NCBI GenBank assembly: GCA_965644495.1
Contig: CBFFSA010000079.1
Coordinates: 1 to 23,435, forward strand
Source of the DNA: Perkinsela sp. CCAP 1560/9
Lineage: Eukaryota; Protista; Euglenozoa: Kinetoplastea
DNA length: 23,435 nucleotides
Reading direction: 5' to 3'
Shown here: piece after piece, positions 16,608 to 23,435 of the stretch
How the letters are laid out: each line of letters begins with the position of its first letter
Numbering within the stretch: position 1 is the first letter of the stretch
The notes under the pieces: generated by a model
The model's database searches: none
Seen by the model: the letters and a program-made list of their open reading frames with translations, nothing else
Told to the model about the DNA's origin: nothing
Made by a program: the position numbers and the translations under genes

Positions 16608-19600
16608 AAGACCACTTTTTGTATTAAGACCACTTTTTGTATTAAAGACCACTTTTTGTATTAAGACCACTTTTTGTATTAAGACCACTTTTTGTATTAA
16701 GACCACTTTTTGTATTAAGACCACTTTTTGTATTAAGACCACTTTTTGTATTAAGACCACTTTTTGTATTAAGACCACTTTTTGTATTAAGACCACTTTT
16801 TGTATTAAGACCACTTTTTGTATTAAGACCACTTTTTGTATTAAGACCACTTTTTGTATTAAGACCACTTTTTGTATTAAGACCACTTTTTGTATTAAGA
16901 CCACTTTTTGTATTAAGACCACTTTTTGTATTAAGACCACTTTTTGTATTAAGACCACTTTTTGTATTAAGACCACTTTTTGTATTAAGACCACTTTTTG
17001 TATTAAGACCACTTTTTGTATTAAGACCACTTTTTGTATTAAGACCACTTTTTGTATTAAGACCACTTTTTGTATTAAGACCACTTTTTGTATTAAGACC
17101 ACTTTTTGTATTAAGACCACTTTTTGTATTAAGACCACTTTTTGTATTAAGACCACTTTTTGTATTAAGACCACTTTTTGTATTAAGACCACTTTTTGTA
17201 TTAAGACCACTTTTTGTATTAAGACCACTTTTTGTATTAAGACCACTTTTTGTATTAAGACCACTTTTTGTATTAAGACCACTTTTTGTATTAAGACCAC
17301 TTTTTGTATTAAGACCACTTTTTGTATTAAGACCACTTTTTGTATTAAGACCACTTTTTGTATTAAGACCACTTTTTGTATTAAGACCACTTTTTGTATT
17401 AAGACCACTTTTTGTATTAAGACCACTTTTTGTATTAAGACCACTTTTTGTATTAAGACCACTTTTTGTATTAAGACCACTTTTTGTATTAAGACCACTT
17501 TTTGTATTAAGACCACTTTTTGTATTAAGACCACTTTTTGTATTAAGACCACTTTTTGTATTAAGACCACTTTTTGTATTAAGACCACTTTTTGTATTAA
17601 GACCACTTTTTGTATTAAGACCACTTTTTGTATTAAGACCACTTTTTGTATTAAGACCACTTTTTGTATTAAGACCACTTTTTGTATTAAGACCACTTTT
17701 TGTATTAAGACCACTTTTTGTATTAAGACCACTTTTTGTATTAAGACCACTTTTTGTATTAAGACCACTTTTTGTATTAAGACCACTTTTTGTATTAAGA
17801 CCACTTTTTGTATTAAGACCACTTTTTGTATTAAGACCACTTTTTGTATTAAGACCACTTTTTGTATTAAGACCACTTTTTGTATTAAGACCACTTTTTG
17901 TATTAAGACCACTTTTTGTATTAAGACCACTTTTTGTATTAAGACCACTTTTTGTATTAAGACCACTTTTTGTATTAAGACCACTTTTTGTATTAAGACC
18001 ACTTTTTGTATTAAGACCACTTTTTGTATTAAGACCACTTTTTGTATTAAGACCACTTTTTGTATTAAGACCACTTTTTGTATTAAGACCACTTTTTGTA
18101 TTAAGACCACTTTTTGTATTAAGACCACTTTTTGTATTAAGACCACTTTTTGTATTAAGACCACTTTTTGTATTAAGACCACTTTTTGTATTAAGACCAC
18201 TTTTTGTATTAAGACCACTTTTTGTATTAAGACCACTTTTTGTATTAAGACCACTTTTTGTATTAAGACCACTTTTTGTATTAAGACCACTTTTTGTATT
18301 AAGACCACTTTTTGTATTAAGACCACTTTTTGTATTAAGACCACTTTTTGTATTAAGACCACTTTTTGTATTAAGACCACTTTTTGTATTAAGACCACTT
18401 TTTGTATTAAGACCACTTTTTGTATTAAGACCACTTTTTGTATTAAGACCACTTTTTGTATTAAGACCACTTTTTGTATTAAGACCACTTTTTGTATTAA
18501 GACCACTTTTTGTATTAAGACCACTTTTTGTATTAAGACCACTTTTTGTATTAAGACCACTTTTTGTATTAAGACCACTTTTTGTATTAAGACCACTTTT
18601 TGTATTAAGACCACTTTTTGTATTAAGACCACTTTTTGTATTAAGACCACTTTTTGTATTAAGACCACTTTTTGTATTAAGACCACTTTTTGTATTAAGA
18701 CCACTTTTTGTATTAAGACCACTTTTTGTATTAAGACCACTTTTTGTATTAAGACCACTTTTTGTATTAAGACCACTTTTTGTATTAAGACCACTTTTTG
18801 TATTAAGACCACTTTTTGTATTAAGACCACTTTTTGTATTAAGACCACTTTTTGTATTAAGACCACTTTTTGTATTAAGACCACTTTTTGTATTAAGACC
18901 ACTTTTTGTATTAAGACCACTTTTTGTATTAAGACCACTTTTTGTATTAAGACCACTTTTTGTATTAAGACCACTTTTTGTATTAAGACCACTTTTTGTA
19001 TTAAGACCACTTTTTGTATTAAGACCACTTTTTGTATTAAGACCACTTTTTGTATTAAGACCACTTTTTGTATTAAGACCACTTTTTGTATTAAGACCAC
19101 TTTTTGTATTAAGACCACTTTTTGTATTAAGACCACTTTTTGTATTAAGACCACTTTTTGTATTAAGACCACTTTTTGTATTAAGACCACTTTTTGTATT
19201 AAGACCACTTTTTGTATTAAGACCACTTTTTGTATTAAGACCACTTTTTGTATTAAGACCACTTTTTGTATTAAGACCACTTTTTGTATTAAGACCACTT
19301 TTTGTATTAAGACCACTTTTTGTATTAAGACCACTTTTTGTATTAAGACCACTTTTTGTATTAAGACCACTTTTTGTATTAAGACCACTTTTTGTATTAA
19401 GACCACTTTTTGTATTAAGACCACTTTTTGTATTAAGACCACTTTTTGTATTAAGACCACTTTTTGTATTAAGACCACTTTTTGTATTAAGACCACTTTT
19501 TGTATTAAGACCACTTTTTGTATTAAGACCACTTTTTGTATTAAGACCACTTTTTGTATTAAGACCACTTTTTGTATTAAGACCACTTTTTGTATTAAGA

Positions 19601-22600
19601 CCACTTTTTGTATTAAGACCACTTTTTGTATTAAGACCACTTTTTGTATTAAGACCACTTTTTGTATTAAGACCACTTTTTGTATTAAGACCACTTTTTG
19701 TATTAAGACCACTTTTTGTATTAAGACCACTTTTTGTATTAAGACCACTTTTTGTATTAAGACCACTTTTTGTATTAAGACCACTTTTTGTATTAAGACC
19801 ACTTTTTGTATTAAGACCACTTTTTGTATTAAGACCACTTTTTGTATTAAGACCACTTTTTGTATTAAGACCACTTTTTGTATTAAGACCACTTTTTGTA
19901 TTAAGACCACTTTTTGTATTAAGACCACTTTTTGTATTAAGACCACTTTTTGTATTAAGACCACTTTTTGTATTAAGACCACTTTTTGTATTAAGACCAC
20001 TTTTTGTATTAAGACCACTTTTTGTATTAAGACCACTTTTTGTATTAAGACCACTTTTTGTATTAAGACCACTTTTTGTATTAAGACCACTTTTTGTATT
20101 AAGACCACTTTTTGTATTAAGACCACTTTTTGTATTAAGACCACTTTTTGTATTAAGACCACTTTTTGTATTAAGACCACTTTTTGTATTAAGACCACTT
20201 TTTGTATTAAGACCACTTTTTGTATTAAGACCACTTTTTGTATTAAGACCACTTTTTGTATTAAGACCACTTTTTGTATTAAGACCACTTTTTGTATTAA
20301 GACCACTTTTTGTATTAAGACCACTTTTTGTATTAAGACCACTTTTTGTATTAAGACCACTTTTTGTATTAAGACCACTTTTTGTATTAAGACCACTTTT
20401 TGTATTAAGACCACTTTTTGTATTAAGACCACTTTTTGTATTAAGACCACTTTTTGTATTAAGACCACTTTTTGTATTAAGACCACTTTTTGTATTAAGA
20501 CCACTTTTTGTATTAAGACCACTTTTTGTATTAAGACCACTTTTTGTATTAAGACCACTTTTTGTATTAAGACCACTTTTTGTATTAAGACCACTTTTTG
20601 TATTAAGACCACTTTTTGTATTAAGACCACTTTTTGTATTAAGACCACTTTTTGTATTAAGACCACTTTTTGTATTAAGACCACTTTTTGTATTAAGACC
20701 ACTTTTTGTATTAAGACCACTTTTTGTATTAAGACCACTTTTTGTATTAAGACCACTTTTTGTATTAAGACCACTTTTTGTATTAAGACCACTTTTTGTA
20801 TTAAGACCACTTTTTGTATTAAGACCACTTTTTGTATTAAGACCACTTTTTGTATTAAGACCACTTTTTGTATTAAGACCACTTTTTGTATTAAGACCAC
20901 TTTTTGTATTAAGACCACTTTTTGTATTAAGACCACTTTTTGTATTAAGACCACTTTTTGTATTAAGACCACTTTTTGTATTAAGACCACTTTTTGTATT
21001 AAGACCACTTTTTGTATTAAGACCACTTTTTGTATTAAGACCACTTTTTGTATTAAGACCACTTTTTGTATTAAGACCACTTTTTGTATTAAGACCACTT
21101 TTTGTATTAAGACCACTTTTTGTATTAAGACCACTTTTTGTATTAAGACCACTTTTTGTATTAAGACCACTTTTTGTATTAAGACCACTTTTTGTATTAA
21201 GACCACTTTTTGTATTAAGACCACTTTTTGTATTAAGACCACTTTTTGTATTAAGACCACTTTTTGTATTAAGACCACTTTTTGTATTAAGACCACTTTT
21301 TGTATTAAGACCACTTTTTGTATTAAGACCACTTTTTGTATTAAGACCACTTTTTGTATTAAGACCACTTTTTGTATTAAGACCACTTTTTGTATTAAGA
21401 CCACTTTTTGTATTAAGACCACTTTTTGTATTAAGACCACTTTTTGTATTAAGACCACTTTTTGTATTAAGACCACTTTTTGTATTAAGACCACTTTTTG
21501 TATTAAGACCACTTTTTGTATTAAGACCACTTTTTGTATTAAGACCACTTTTTGTATTAAGACCACTTTTTGTATTAAGACCACTTTTTGTATTAAGACC
21601 ACTTTTTGTATTAAGACCACTTTTTGTATTAAGACCACTTTTTGTATTAAGACCACTTTTTGTATTAAGACCACTTTTTGTATTAAGACCACTTTTTGTA
21701 TTAAGACCACTTTTTGTATTAAGACCACTTTTTGTATTAAGACCACTTTTTGTATTAAGACCACTTTTTGTATTAAGACCACTTTTTGTATTAAGACCAC
21801 TTTTTGTATTAAGACCACTTTTTGTATTAAGACCACTTTTTGTATTAAGACCACTTTTTGTATTAAGACCACTTTTTGTATTAAGACCACTTTTTGTATT
21901 AAGACCACTTTTTGTATTAAGACCACTTTTTGTATTAAGACCACTTTTTGTATTAAGACCACTTTTTGTATTAAGACCACTTTTTGTATTAAGACCACTT
22001 TTTGTATTAAGACCACTTTTTGTATTAAGACCACTTTTTGTATTAAGACCACTTTTTGTATTAAGACCACTTTTTGTATTAAGACCACTTTTTGTATTAA
22101 GACCACTTTTTGTATTAAGACCACTTTTTGTATTAAGACCACTTTTTGTATTAAGACCACTTTTTGTATTAAGACCACTTTTTGTATTAAGACCACTTTT
22201 TGTATTAAGACCACTTTTTGTATTAAGACCACTTTTTGTATTAAGACCACTTTTTGTATTAAGACCACTTTTTGTATTAAGACCACTTTTTGTATTAAGA
22301 CCACTTTTTGTATTAAGACCACTTTTTGTATTAAGACCACTTTTTGTATTAAGACCACTTTTTGTATTAAGACCACTTTTTGTATTAAGACCACTTTTTG
22401 TATTAAGACCACTTTTTGTATTAAGACCACTTTTTGTATTAAGACCACTTTTTGTATTAAGACCACTTTTTGTATTAAGACCACTTTTTGTATTAAGACC
22501 ACTTTTTGTATTAAGACCACTTTTTGTATTAAGACCACTTTTTGTATTAAGACCACTTTTTGTATTAAGACCACTTTTTGTATTAAGACCACTTTTTGTA

Positions 22601-23435
22601 TTAAGACCACTTTTTGTATTAAGACCACTTTTTGTATTAAGACCACTTTTTGTATTAAGACCACTTTTTGTATTAAGACCACTTTTTGTATTAAGACCAC
22701 TTTTTGTATTAAGACCACTTTTTGTATTAAGACCACTTTTTGTATTAAGACCACTTTTTGTATTAAGACCACTTTTTGTATTAAGACCACTTTTTGTATT
22801 AAGACCACTTTTTGTATTAAGACCACTTTTTGTATTAAGACCACTTTTTGTATTAAGACCACTTTTTGTATTAAGACCACTTTTTGTATTAAGACCACTT
22901 TTTGTATTAAGACCACTTTTTGTATTAAGACCACTTTTTGTATTAAGACCACTTTTTGTATTAAGACCACTTTTTGTATTAAGACCACTTTTTGTATTAA
23001 GACCACTTTTTGTATTAAGACCACTTTTTGTATTAAGACCACTTTTTGTATTAAGACCACTTTTTGTATTAAGACCACTTTTTGTATTAAGACCACTTTT
23101 TGTATTAAGACCACTTTTTGTATTAAGACCACTTTTTGTATTAAGACCACTTTTTGTATTAAGACCACTTTTTGTATTAAGACCACTTTTTGTATTAAGA
23201 CCACTTTTTGTATTAAGACCACTTTTTGTATTAAGACCACTTTTTGTATTAAGACCACTTTTTGTATTAAGACCACTTTTTGTATTAAGACCACTTTTTG
23301 TATTAAGACCACTTTTTGTATTAAGACCACTTTTTGTATTAAGACCACTTTTTGTATTAAGACCACTTTTTGTATTAAGACCACTTTTTGTATTAAGACC
23401 ACTTTTTGTATTAAGACCACTTTTTGTATTAAGAC
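16608..23435 (+). repeat. Tandem array of the 18-mer AAGACCACTTTTTGTATT, about 379 copies, running to the window end; satellite or non-canonical telomere
   Basis: The array is directly visible. The only deviation noticed is an extra A at about 16644, near the proximal junction. Confidence 0.98.

Noticed and set aside
14043-16664. Intact 873-aa protein as given in the ORF track
   Set aside because: The first ~70 aa come largely from the minisatellite and unaligned sequence, and the end is read-through into the 18-mer array.
16605-23420. 2271-aa minus-strand ORF (VVLIQK)n
   Set aside because: It is a by-product of an 18-bp unit with no stop in that frame. There is no synonymous variation and no true ATG.
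16608-23435. CRISPR array
   Set aside because: There are no spacers and no cas genes, and the context is eukaryotic.

Overview
This is a eukaryotic window, most likely from a euglenozoan (kinetoplastid or diplonemid-like), judged from a spliced-leader (SL)-like 39-mer. No ordinary host gene is recognisable. Bases 1-16606 are a cluster of CRE/SLACS-type non-LTR retrotransposons (RT + CCHC knuckle + restriction-like endonuclease). It holds one divergent minus-strand element (A, <1-3153) whose ORF is broken by a 180-bp structured SINE-like insertion with a 9-bp TSD. A head-to-tail plus-strand chain follows: 5'-truncated element B, several poly(A)-tailed 3'UTR fragments, full-length element C (1266-aa ORF), 3'-truncated element D and rearranged element E. 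Every element with an intact 5' end starts directly after SL-like sequence ending in TTCTGTACCTTGTTG (full 39-mer AATCTTTRACGATAAAGATACAGTTTCTGTACCTTGTTG in C, D and E), with no SL intron after it. Elements C and D carry an N-terminal domain resembling the Ataxin-2/Pbp1 LsmAD domain. Element E is cut off just after its endonuclease domain and joined to about 379 near-perfect copies of the 18-mer AAGACCACTTTTTGTATT, which run to the window end. This array is a candidate non-canonical telomere or satellite and resembles the SL core. All calls come from reading the sequence; no searches were run.
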